This document shows positions 17,527-26,374 of a DNA stretch of 29,559 bases, piece after piece. The position numbers and the translations under genes are program-made. A model generated the notes under the pieces. That model saw only the letters and a list, made by a program, of their open reading frames with translations. It was not told where the DNA came from and did not search any database. Origin of the DNA: Gemmatimonadaceae bacterium (GTDB taxonomy: Bacteria; Gemmatimonadota; Gemmatimonadetes; Gemmatimonadales; Gemmatimonadaceae); the NCBI GenBank assembly GCA_040901985.1, contig JBBDYC010000010.1:75858-105416 (forward strand). Direction: 5' to 3'. Every line of letters starts with the position of its first letter. Position 1 is the first letter of the stretch.

Positions 17527-18647
17527 ACGTCTGGTTCAGCGGCGGCGGCACGGGAGGCCATCTGTATCCGGGACTCGCAATTGCCCGCGCGCTGGTGGAG
17601 GAGCGGGACGACGTGCGTCCGGTGTTCATCGGCGCCGAGCGCGGGATCGAGCGCGACGTCCTGCCGACGACCGGGTTCCCGCATCTCCTCCTTGACCTGC
17701 ACCCGCTCTACCGGCCGCAGCTCTGGCGCAACTGGCGCACGCTGCGCGGCGCGTGGCGCGGCTGGTCGCGGCTCGATGCGTTGGCCGACGAGCGCGCGCC
17801 GGCGCTGGTGGTCGGCACCGGCGGCTATGCGGCGGGCCTCGCGCTGCTCTGGGCCTGGCGCAACGGGGTGCCGGCGGTCCAGCACATTGGCGACGCCGTG
17901 CCCGGCATCACCGCGCGCTGGGGCGCGCGCTTCACGCGCGAGGCGTACCTCGGCTTTCCCGAGGCCGCCGCCAAGCTGCCGAGGCGCGGGTGCGTGATGC
18001 GCGAGACAGGCAACCCGATCGAGCCGCCGCCGGACATCCGTCCTGGGCCGACAGAGGCGAGGGCCCGCTGGGGATTCCCGTCGCACGCGAAGGTGCTGCT
18101 CGTCTTTGGCGGCTCCCAGGGCGCGCGGGCGCTCAATCAGGCGATGGCGGCGTGGGTCGAGGAGGGGTTGCCCGAGGGACTCTGCGTGCTCTGGGCCACC
18201 GGCCGTGCGCACCACGACGGCCTCAAGCATCTCGACCGCGCCGATGTGCGGGTGGTGCCGTACCTCTCGCCGATCGCCGAGGCGTACGCGGCCGCGGACC
18301 TCGCACTTGTGCGCGGCGGGATGATGGGCACGAGCGAGCTGGCCGCGTGGGGCGTGCCGATGGTCATCGTCCCGCTGCCGTCGGCGGCGAACGACCACCA
18401 GGCCGCCAACGCGACGGTGCTCGCGGCGGCCGGCGCCGCGGTGCATCTCCCGCAGTCGGCGCTGTCGGGGGAGCGGCTCGCGCACGAGATCGGCGTGCTG
18501 CTCGACGATTCGCCGCGCCTACAGGCGATGGCGGCGGCGGCGCGAACGCGCGGCCGTCCGCGCGCCGCCGCCGAGATTGCCGCCCACATCGTGGCGCTCC
18601 TCCCCGCGCGTATCTTTCCGGGCGATGCCACTCCTCGATCCCACTGA
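17523..18647 (+). CDS. murG: Lipid II GlcNAc transferase MurG (divergent motifs)
   Basis: GGGTGGHLYP, GTGGY, TGNP, GGSQGA and HQAAN, between ftsW and murC. GTGA overlap. Confidence 0.93.
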   Translation: MNVWFSGGGTGGHLYPGLAIARALVEERDDVRPVFIGAERGIERDVLPTTGFPHLLLDLHPLYRPQLWRNWRTLRGAWRGWSRLDALADERAPALVVGTGGYAAGLALLWAWRNGVPAVQHIGDAVPGITARWGARFTREAYLGFPEAAAKLPRRGCVMRETGNPIEPPPDIRPGPTEARARWGFPSHAKVLLVFGGSQGARALNQAMAAWVEEGLPEGLCVLWATGRAHHDGLKHLDRADVRVVPYLSPIAEAYAAADLALVRGGMMGTSELAAWGVPMVIVPLPSAANDHQAANATVLAAAGAAVHLPQSALSGERLAHEIGVLLDDSPRLQAMAAAARTRGRPRAAAEIAAHIVALLPARIFPGDATPRSH

Positions 18648-20013
18648 CGCGCGGCCGATCCACTTTATGGGGGTCGCCGGCGCGGGGATGAGCGCCCTCG
18701 CCGAGCTCTGCCATCGCCGCGGCGCGCGCGTGACCGGGTGCGACCACCAGGTCGCTGGCGCGGCGGGCGCGGCCGACCTCGCCGCGCTCGGCATCGCGGT
18801 CGCGGCGGGACACGACGCCGCGCACCTGGCCGGCCATCGCGCCCTCGTCGTTTCCAGTGCAATCCCAAAGGACCATCCCGAGATCGCCGCCGCGCGAGCG
18901 GCGGGGATTCCCGTCGTGCGGCGCGCCGAGGCGCTCGCCGAGGCGACCGCGGGGGGCACGCTGATTGCAGTCGCGGGCACCCACGGCAAGAGCACGACGA
19001 CCGTGATGGCGACCGAGGCGCTCACGGCGGCCGGCCGCGCGCCGACCGGCGTGGTCGGCGCTCGCGTCCGCGCCTGGGGCGGCAATCTCTCCCCGGGCGG
19101 GCACGACCTCTTCGTGGTGGAGGCCGACGAGTACGACCGGTCGTTCCTCGCCCTCGCGCCGACGGTCGCGGTGGTGACGAACGTCGAGGCCGACCACCTC
19201 GACACCTACCGCGACCTCGACGACATCCGACAGGCCTTCACGACCTTCGTGCAGCGCGCGCGCTACGTGGTGCTCTGCGCGGACGATCCGGGGGCGAGTG
19301 CGCTCCCGTCGCCGACCACCGCCGAGGTGATCCGCTACGGCCTCACGAGCGCCGATGCGCGCCTGGTGGCCACCGACCTGGTGTCCGTGGACGGCGGCAC
19401 GCGATTCACCGTGCGCTACGACGGCAAGGCGTTCGGCAACGTGCGGCTGGCCGTGCCTGGCGTGCACAATGTGCGCAACGCGCTCGCCGCGCTCGCCTGC
19501 GGAATTGGGCCGTGGGGGCTGAGCGTGGCCGCGATGGCGCGCGGGCTCGAGGCGTTCGTCGGCGCCGAGCGACGGTTCGAGCGGCTGGGATCCGCGCTCG
19601 GCGTGGAGGTCGTGGACGACTACGCGCACCATCCCACAGAGGTGCGCGCCACGCTCGTCGCGGCGCGCGAGGCGTTTCCCGGCCGGCGGCTCGTGGTGGC
19701 GTTCCAGCCCCACCTCTTCAGCCGGACGCGCGACTTCGCCGGGGAGTTTGCGCTGGCGCTGGCGATGGCCGACGTCGTCTTCCTGGCCGACATCTATCCG
19801 GCCCGCGAGCAGCCGATTCCCGGGGTGACGAGTGCGCGGATTGCCGAGCCGCTGGCCAAGGCGGGACACGCTCCGGCCTGGCAGGGCGCGCGCGACGACC
19901 TCGCCGCGGCCCTCCGCGGCACCGTGCGCGAGGGCGACGTGGTGCTCACCCTCGGCGCCGGCGACATCACCCGCACCGGGGGCGAGCTCCTCGACCGGTT
20001 GCGCCGCCCGTGA
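18625..20013 (+). CDS. murC: UDP-MurNAc:L-Ala ligase MurC
   Basis: HFMGVAGAGMS, GTHGKSTTT, VEADEYD, DHLD, DDYAHHPTE, FQPH and GAGDI. Start at ATG 18625. Confidence 0.96.
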   Translation: MPLLDPTDARPIHFMGVAGAGMSALAELCHRRGARVTGCDHQVAGAAGAADLAALGIAVAAGHDAAHLAGHRALVVSSAIPKDHPEIAAARAAGIPVVRRAEALAEATAGGTLIAVAGTHGKSTTTVMATEALTAAGRAPTGVVGARVRAWGGNLSPGGHDLFVVEADEYDRSFLALAPTVAVVTNVEADHLDTYRDLDDIRQAFTTFVQRARYVVLCADDPGASALPSPTTAEVIRYGLTSADARLVATDLVSVDGGTRFTVRYDGKAFGNVRLAVPGVHNVRNALAALACGIGPWGLSVAAMARGLEAFVGAERRFERLGSALGVEVVDDYAHHPTEVRATLVAAREAFPGRRLVVAFQPHLFSRTRDFAGEFALALAMADVVFLADIYPAREQPIPGVTSARIAEPLAKAGHAPAWQGARDDLAAALRGTVREGDVVLTLGAGDITRTGGELLDRLRRP

Positions 20014-20744
20014 TCGTTGACGCCCGCTTGCCCCCCGGGACGCCCGCGCTGCCGCCCTGGCGCCGGCGGCTTCGCCGCGTCACCCGAGTCACCCTGGCGC
20101 TGCTCCTCCTCGCGAGCCCGTGGTGGGGGCGCGCACTCCTCCGGGAGATGGATTTCTTCCGTGTGCGCCGCGTGGAGCTCGAGGGCGTGCGTTACGCCGC
20201 GCCCGACGAAATCGTTTCGCGGTTGAGGGTCGACACCACGACGTCCATCTGGGACGACGTGTCGCCGCTCGAGGCGCGGGTGGAGGGGCATCCGCAGGTG
20301 CGCGAGGCGCGCATCCGGCGAAAGCTCCCCGGAACCCTCGTCGTGCTCGTGACGGAGAACCCGCCGGTGGCGCTGGTCAACACGGCGCGCGGGCTGGTGG
20401 TCACGGATGCGGCGGGGGACTCGTTGCCGGTGGATCCGACCACGATGGACGTGGACCTGCCGGTGCTCGCGTCGCGGGACACGCTCCTCCTCCGCCTGTT
20501 GGGGGAGCTGCAGGCGGACGAACCGGCGCTCTTTGCCCGCGTGAGCGAGGCGGGGCGGACGTCGCGGGGCGGGGTGGTCTTGCGGCTCCCCGAGTTCCGG
20601 ATCCTCGCCGACGCGTCTGTCACGGCAGCGCGGCTGGCGGAAGTGCTGCCCGTGGAACTCGACCTCGCGCGCCGCGCCTGGCGCGCCGAGGAACTCGACG
20701 TCCGTTTTCGTGACCAAGTGATCGCCCGACTCAGGACCCAATGA
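20010..20744 (+). CDS. ftsQ: Cell division protein FtsQ/DivIB
   Basis: N-terminal TM, POTRA-like FRVRRVELEG…IRRKLPGTLVV and C-terminal DVRFRDQVI, immediately before ftsA. Confidence 0.88.
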   Translation: MIVDARLPPGTPALPPWRRRLRRVTRVTLALLLLASPWWGRALLREMDFFRVRRVELEGVRYAAPDEIVSRLRVDTTTSIWDDVSPLEARVEGHPQVREARIRRKLPGTLVVLVTENPPVALVNTARGLVVTDAAGDSLPVDPTTMDVDLPVLASRDTLLLRLLGELQADEPALFARVSEAGRTSRGGVVLRLPEFRILADASVTAARLAEVLPVELDLARRAWRAEELDVRFRDQVIARLRTQ

Positions 20745-22009
20745 ATCTCGACAGACTCGTCGCCGGTCTCGACATCGGCTCCGCCAAGACCACCGCGGTG
20801 ATCGCGGAGGTCGTCGGCGACTTTCCCAAGCATCCGACCGTCAACATCCTCGGCGTCGGCCAGGCCCGGACCACCGGGCTGCGCAAGGGGATCGTGGCCG
20901 ACATTGACGAGACGCAGCGCTCGATCGCCAAGGCGATGCAGGACGCCGAGCGGATGGCCGGCGCGCGCGTGGAGACCGTCTATGCCGGGATCGCCGGCGA
21001 GCACGTGCAGGCGATGACCTCCAAGGGCATTGCCTCGGTGACCGGCTCGGAGATCACGCGCGCCGACGTGGATCGCGCCAACGCCGTGGCCCGGGCCCAA
21101 GCCATTCCGCAGGACCGCGAGTTGATCCACGCGATCCCGCAGGAATACACCGTGGACAAGAACCAGGGTGTCCGCGACCCGATCGGGATGATCGGCACCC
21201 GGCTGGAGACGGAGATGTACCTCGTGACGATCGGTTCGTCGCCGGCGATGAACCTGCGCAAGGCCGTCGAGCGCGCCGGCTACAAGGTGGGCGAGCTGGT
21301 GCTGGAGCCGCTGGCCAGCGCCCTCTCCGTGCTGACGGACGACGAGAAGGAGCTCGGGGTGGCGCTGATCGAGATCGGCGCCGGGACCACCGACGTCGCC
21401 GTCTTCCACGAGGGGAAGATCCGCTATCTCGGCACGGTCGGCTACGGCGGCATCAACGTCACGAGCGACATCGTGCACGGCCTTGGCGTCACGCAGAGCG
21501 ACGCCGAGCGGCTCAAGGAGCAGTACGGCGCGGCCTACGAGCCGCTGGTGAAGCACACTGGGGAGACCATCAAGCTGCCGAGCACCGTGGCCCAGGGCGA
21601 CCGGGAGATCCCCCGTGAGCTGCTCGCGCACATCATCCACCAGCGGACGCAGGAGATCTTCGAGATGGTCCTGCAGGAGGTGGAGCAGGCGGGCCTCCTC
21701 CAGCGCCTCGCGGCGGGGGTGGTCGTCACCGGCGGCGCCGCCGCCCAGCCGGGCACGGACAACCTGGCCAGCGACATCTTCGGCACCGGTGCCCGGGTGG
21801 GGGTCCCCGGGGAGTTCCTCGGCGGCCTCGCCGACTCCGTCCAGTCGCCCCGCTTCTCGACCGTCACCGGCCTTGTGCAATACGGCGCCCACCGGGTGGC
21901 CATCGGCGCGAGCGCGGGGCGGGGCAAGCGGATCAGTCTCTCGGCGGCGGGGCCGTCAATGGACAACCTTGCGGCACGGTTCAAGACCTGGCTCCAGGAT
22001 TTCTTCTAG
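20741..22009 (+). CDS. ftsA: Cell division protein FtsA
   Basis: GLDIGSAK, EIGAGTT, AERLK, VVTGG and a C-terminal amphipathic helix (RFKTWLQDFF). Confidence 0.97.
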   Translation: MNLDRLVAGLDIGSAKTTAVIAEVVGDFPKHPTVNILGVGQARTTGLRKGIVADIDETQRSIAKAMQDAERMAGARVETVYAGIAGEHVQAMTSKGIASVTGSEITRADVDRANAVARAQAIPQDRELIHAIPQEYTVDKNQGVRDPIGMIGTRLETEMYLVTIGSSPAMNLRKAVERAGYKVGELVLEPLASALSVLTDDEKELGVALIEIGAGTTDVAVFHEGKIRYLGTVGYGGINVTSDIVHGLGVTQSDAERLKEQYGAAYEPLVKHTGETIKLPSTVAQGDREIPRELLAHIIHQRTQEIFEMVLQEVEQAGLLQRLAAGVVVTGGAAAQPGTDNLASDIFGTGARVGVPGEFLGGLADSVQSPRFSTVTGLVQYGAHRVAIGASAGRGKRISLSAAGPSMDNLAARFKTWLQDFF

Positions 22010-22033
22010 GACGACAGGTAGAGGTTGAAAGTT

Positions 22034-22072
22034 GAAAGGGGGGCGCCCGTTCGGGCGCCCCTTTCTCCTTTT
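22034..22072 (+). terminator. Rho-independent terminator after ftsA
   Basis: Stem GGGGCGCCC (22040-22048), loop GTTC, stem GGGCGCCCC (22053-22061), followed by TTTCTCCTTTT and preceded by GAAA. Confidence 0.8.
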
Positions 22073-22181
22073 GCCTGTTACCTCACAAATCTGCGCAATA
22101 CTAGCGAGCGCGTGGACACTCCCCGGTTTCCGTTGGTGACCCCGGTCGTCCTCCTTCTGTGAGCCCGCGCGCCGGAAGCGC

Positions 22182-22187
22182 TATATT
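22182..22187 (+). promoter_or_regulatory. Candidate -10 box (TATATT) for ftsZ
   Basis: A TANNNT hexamer in a GC-rich background, 50 nt upstream of the ftsZ ATG and downstream of the terminator. The -35 match is weak. Confidence 0.45.
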
Positions 22188-22237
22188 CCGCGTGCCCAGT
22201 GTGTTGTCCCCTGTCCGATCACGGAGTACCGCCCGCG

Positions 22238-23389
22238 ATGAGCATCTTCGAGTTCGAGGAGAGCAACGTCCAGAACGCCCGCATGAAGGTGGTGGGGGTC
22301 GGTGGCGGTGGCGGCAATGCGGTAAACCGGATGATTGACGAGCACCTTGAGGGGGTCGAGTTCATCTCGGTGAACACCGACGCGCAGGCGCTGCTCAACT
22401 CCAAGTCCGACGTGAAGATCCAGATCGGGAAGAAGCTGACGCGCGGCCTCGGGGCCGGCGCGCGCCCCGAGATCGGACGCCAGGCGATCGAGGAGAACCG
22501 CGACGAGGTGGCCCGCGCGCTCTCCAACTCGGACCTCGTCTTCGTCACCTGCGGAATGGGCGGCGGCACCGGCACCGGCGCGGCGCCAATCATCTGCGAA
22601 CTCGCCCGCGAGGCCGGCGCGCTGACGGTCGGCATCGTCACCAAGCCGTTCCTCTTCGAAGGCCGCAAGCGGATGCGGCAGGCCGACGAGGGAATCGGCG
22701 AGATGGTGAAGTTCGTGGACACGATGATCGTCGTGCCCAACGAGCGGCTCCTCGCGGTGGTCGGGAAGGGGATTCCCTTCCAAGACGCGCTCAAGAAGGC
22801 CGACGAGGTGCTCCTCCAGGCCACCGGCGGCATCTCCGGCATCATCACCAAGGCGGGCGTGGTGAACGTGGACTTTGCCGACGTCCGCACGGTGATGAAG
22901 GACGGCGGCTCGGCGATCATGGGCACCGGCATCGGGCGCGGCGACGACCGCGCGGTGGACGCGGCGCGGATGGCCATCGAATCGCCGCTGCTCGACAACG
23001 TCTCCATCGCCGGCGCGCGCGGCGTGCTGATCAACATCACCGGCGGCAACGAGATGACGCTGGGCGACGTGAATACCATTTCCGACATCGTGAAGGAAGC
23101 CGTCGGCGAGGAGTGCGAGATCATCTTCGGCGCGGTGAACGAGCCGGCGATGCAGGGCGAAGTGCGGGTGACGGTGATCGCGACGGGCTTTGCGCGGCGC
23201 GCGGGCGGGATGGGGATGTCGTCCCGCATCAGCACGCCGGTGATCCCGCTCGACTCCGCGGCCCGCGCGCGCGCTTCCGGCGGGGTTGGCAACGCCGTGC
23301 CGGCAGCGCGCAGCCGTCCGTCCGTGCGGCCGATCGAGGATCTCTCCGACCTCGAAATCCCGACGTTCATTCGGAGGCAGATGGATTGA
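22238..23389 (+). CDS. ftsZ: Cell division protein FtsZ
   Basis: [22 protein letters not shown] tubulin signature, NVDFADV and C-terminal [15 protein letters not shown] 22238 with GGAG upstream. Confidence 0.98.
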   Translation: MSIFEFEESNVQNARMKVVGVGGGGGNAVNRMIDEHLEGVEFISVNTDAQALLNSKSDVKIQIGKKLTRGLGAGARPEIGRQAIEENRDEVARALSNSDLVFVTCGMGGGTGTGAAPIICELAREAGALTVGIVTKPFLFEGRKRMRQADEGIGEMVKFVDTMIVVPNERLLAVVGKGIPFQDALKKADEVLLQATGGISGIITKAGVVNVDFADVRTVMKDGGSAIMGTGIGRGDDRAVDAARMAIESPLLDNVSIAGARGVLINITGGNEMTLGDVNTISDIVKEAVGEECEIIFGAVNEPAMQGEVRVTVIATGFARRAGGMGMSSRISTPVIPLDSAARARASGGVGNAVPAARSRPSVRPIEDLSDLEIPTFIRRQMD

Positions 23390-24642
23390 GCCTGCGCATC
23401 ACGCGGGTCATCGCCGGTGCGGCGATCGCGGTCATCGCGGTCGCCGCTTTGCGCTTGCCTGCACCCCGCCCCGGCGACCCATCCGATGTCATCGCGGCGG
23501 CGCTCGAGCCGGACCTGAGCCACTGGTCAGTCCACGACACCCTGCGCTCGGGGGAGACGCTGGGCGAGCTCCTCGCCCGGCGCGGGATCGGGCCGCGTGA
23601 GGCCACGCGGCTGCTGGCGGCGGCCAAGCCGATTGACCCGCGCCGCGTCCGTGCCGGCCTCGCGGTCGAGGTGCACGGCGACACCATAGACCCCGTGCCG
23701 CTGGGAATCACCTTCCGGATTGCCGTGGACCGGAACGTCCGGGTCACGCGCGACTCCGCCGGCTGGACCGCCACCGAGGAGGTCCTCCCGTGGATCATTG
23801 ACACCGTGAAGGTCCGCGGCGTCGTGACCTCGTCGCTCTACGAGGCGGTGGCCGAGGGGGCGCGGAACCTCCTGCCGCGCCGCGCGGCCGACGAGTTGGC
23901 GTGGAATCTCGCCGACATCTACGAGTACCGGATTGATATGTCGCGCGAGCTGCGGCAGGGCGACGAGTTCCGAGCCGTCTTCGAGCGGATGATCGCGCCG
24001 GACGGCAGCGTGCGGATTGGCGCGGTGCTGGTGGCCGGCCTGCAGCGCGCCGGGACCGAGGTGCAGGCCTTCCGATTCTCGGTGGACAACGGCCGCAGCA
24101 GGTACTACGACCAGCAGGGCCGGTCGCTGGCGTCGAGTTTCCTCCGGGCGCCGCTCTCCTTCCGCCGCATCTCCAGCACCTTCGGCAACCGCCGGCATCC
24201 CGTGCTCGGCACCTGGCGTCAGCATCAGGGGATGGACTATGCGGCCAACGCGGGCACGCCCGTCCACACGATCGGCGACGGCACGGTGATCTTCGTCGGC
24301 TCCAAGGGCGGGTACGGCAACGCCGTCGAGGTGCGGCATCCCAACGGGTTCGTCACGCGCTACGGCCACCTGCGCGGCTTTGCCCCCGGCATCCGCCGGG
24401 GCGTTCGCGTCGAGATCAAACAGACCATCGGCTACGTGGGGATGACCGGGCTCGCCACTGGGCCGCACCTGCACTTCGAGGTGCTGGTGAATGGCCAGCA
24501 TCGCGACCCGCGCCGGGCGCTCGACGTACCGTCCGGGCCGCCGCTCTCGGGGCCGGAGCTCGCGCTGTTCGAGCGAATCCGCGACGCGGCGACATATGCG
24601 CTCGAGCTGCCGGCGGGTGTCGTCCGCGTCCCGCAGGACTGA
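23386..24642 (+). CDS. M23 family peptidoglycan endopeptidase (MepM-like)
   Basis: HQGMD (HxxxD), TRYGHL and TGPHLHFEV (HxH), with an N-terminal hydrophobic anchor. The TTG start overlaps the ftsZ stop and has a GGAGG SD. Confidence 0.9.
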   Translation: MSLRITRVIAGAAIAVIAVAALRLPAPRPGDPSDVIAAALEPDLSHWSVHDTLRSGETLGELLARRGIGPREATRLLAAAKPIDPRRVRAGLAVEVHGDTIDPVPLGITFRIAVDRNVRVTRDSAGWTATEEVLPWIIDTVKVRGVVTSSLYEAVAEGARNLLPRRAADELAWNLADIYEYRIDMSRELRQGDEFRAVFERMIAPDGSVRIGAVLVAGLQRAGTEVQAFRFSVDNGRSRYYDQQGRSLASSFLRAPLSFRRISSTFGNRRHPVLGTWRQHQGMDYAANAGTPVHTIGDGTVIFVGSKGGYGNAVEVRHPNGFVTRYGHLRGFAPGIRRGVRVEIKQTIGYVGMTGLATGPHLHFEVLVNGQHRDPRRALDVPSGPPLSGPELALFERIRDAATYALELPAGVVRVPQD

Positions 24643-24699
24643 GGTCGGCGACCGGCGGCCGACACTGGCCCGGCCCCGCCCCACCCCGTCCCCCGGCCG

Positions 24700-26334
24700 A
24701 TGACGCTCTGGCTCCTTTCCCTCGCCGCGGGGCTCGCCCTCGCGGCGCTTTCGTATCGGTGGCCGGCGCCGGGCGTGCCACGGCTCGGCTTCGCCCTGCG
24801 GGCCCTCGCCGGCGCCCTGGTGGCGGCGGTGACCCTCGACGCGCCGCCCGGCGCCTCCCGCCCCGTGGCGCCCTGGGTGGCGCTCGATGCCTCCGCCAGC
24901 TGGCTCGCCGTGGGGGGGGAGGGGCGCTGGGCGCGCGCGCGGGCGGTGGCCGACTCGCTTCGGCGCGCCGGGGCCGATTCCACCGTCCTGTTCGGCGACT
25001 CCCTTCGCGGGGCCTCCGGCGCCGGCGTCGGGGCCGGGGCGCCGGCGTTGCCCGCCGACACCAGGTCGGACGTCGGCCCGGCAGTCGAGGCGGCGCGGGC
25101 GCTCGGCCGGCCCCTCTTGGTCGTCACCGACGGCCGGCTCGACAACGCCGAACGGCTGCGGGACCTGCCAGTCGGGTCGGCGGTGATCGTCGTGACGGGC
25201 GACGAGCCGCCGGACGTCGGGATTGCCGCGCTGGAGGCCCCAGCGGCCGTCGTTGCTGGCGATTCGCTCGAAGTGCGGCTCACCCTGCGCTCTGGCGCGG
25301 CGGGCGGCCCAGCCGGAAGCGCCCGGGTCGCCTTTGGCGGCCGTGCACTCGGCGCGTGGCGGTACGACGCGTTGCCGGCCTACGGCGAGTTGGAGCTGCG
25401 GTTCTCCCTCGTTGCCCCGAGTGCCGAGGGTGTCCAGCCCTACGAGGTGATCCTCGAGCCCGGCGATGCCGTGGCGGCGAACGACACCGCCCGCGCTTCC
25501 ATGGAGATCACCGGCGTGGCGTCGGCCGTCGTGATCAGCACCTCGCCCGACCCGGACGCCCGCCTCGCCCTCGACGTACTCCGGGGCACGCGGCGCGGGG
25601 CGGTGCGCGGGTACTGGCGCGTGGCGCCCGGCCAGTGGCGGCTCGACGGCGCGCTGCGAGCGGTGGACGAGGCCGTCGTGCGCCGCGCACTTGGCGAGGC
25701 CGCGGTCGTCGTGCTGCACGGTGACACGGGCTACTTCGGCCCGCCGCACGCACGAGCGCGCGGCGCGCTTGTCCTTCTCGTGCCGGCGGCAGGGAGCGAG
25801 GACTTCTATGCCGTGGCCGCCGGCGACGGCCCGCTCCTGGCCGCGCTCGCCGACCTGCCCTGGGATTCGCTGCCGCCGCTCCGAGTCGGCCTCCCGTCCG
25901 CCGCCGCCTCCGAAGCCGCTGCCGAAGCCGCCGCCGGCCAGCCCGCGCTCCTGTCACGGCGCGCCCGACGGCTCGAGGAGCGCGCGGTGGTGCTGCTGCA
26001 CGACGGTGCGCGTCGCGCCGTGACCGTGCCGGCGTCCGGGCTCTGGCGGTGGCGGACGCGCGGCGGCCGCAGCGCGCAGGCGTTCGACGCGGTATGGGGG
26101 AGTATATTCGACTGGGTCGGCGCCGAGCGGCGTGGCGGGGAGACCGGCACCGGTGGCGCGCGGCTTGCCGGCGAATGGGTGCCGCGCCCGCCGACGGTTG
26201 CGGCGGGGCCCGTCGGCGAGGGCGCCGCGCTCGACCTCGTGCCGCGCGCGCGCACGGCGTGGTGGCTCGTGGCGCTGGCAATCGCGATGCTCTGCGTGGA
26301 ATGGGTCCTCCGCCGCCGCATAGGGTGGCGCTAG
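24700..26334 (+). CDS. Hypothetical membrane protein with degenerate vWA-like and Ig-like regions
   Basis: Two N-terminal hydrophobic segments, DxSxS (LDASAS) plus VVTDG, a beta-rich middle ending DAVAAND, and a C-terminal TM followed by EWVLRRRIG. Confidence 0.7.
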   Translation: MTLWLLSLAAGLALAALSYRWPAPGVPRLGFALRALAGALVAAVTLDAPPGASRPVAPWVALDASASWLAVGGEGRWARARAVADSLRRAGADSTVLFGDSLRGASGAGVGAGAPALPADTRSDVGPAVEAARALGRPLLVVTDGRLDNAERLRDLPVGSAVIVVTGDEPPDVGIAALEAPAAVVAGDSLEVRLTLRSGAAGGPAGSARVAFGGRALGAWRYDALPAYGELELRFSLVAPSAEGVQPYEVILEPGDAVAANDTARASMEITGVASAVVISTSPDPDARLALDVLRGTRRGAVRGYWRVAPGQWRLDGALRAVDEAVVRRALGEAAVVVLHGDTGYFGPPHARARGALVLLVPAAGSEDFYAVAAGDGPLLAALADLPWDSLPPLRVGLPSAAASEAAAEAAAGQPALLSRRARRLEERAVVLLHDGARRAVTVPASGLWRWRTRGGRSAQAFDAVWGSIFDWVGAERRGGETGTGGARLAGEWVPRPPTVAAGPVGEGAALDLVPRARTAWWLVALAIAMLCVEWVLRRRIGWR

Positions 26335-26361
26335 GAGAAACGCGCCGCCGTAGGTTCACGC

Positions 26362-26367
26362 TAGACT
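26362..26367 (+). promoter_or_regulatory. Candidate -10 box (TAGACT) 7 nt before ftsY ATG (leaderless type)
   Basis: TAGACT-CCTTTCG-ATG with no SD between. The hexamer is identical to the -10 at 5559. Confidence 0.55.
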
Positions 26368-26374
26368 CCTTTCG

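Noticed and set aside
22016..22072. GTTGAAA repeats resembling a CRISPR repeat end
   Set aside because: Only two adjacent 7-mers, with no spacers and no cas genes. The adjacent palindrome is explained as a terminator.
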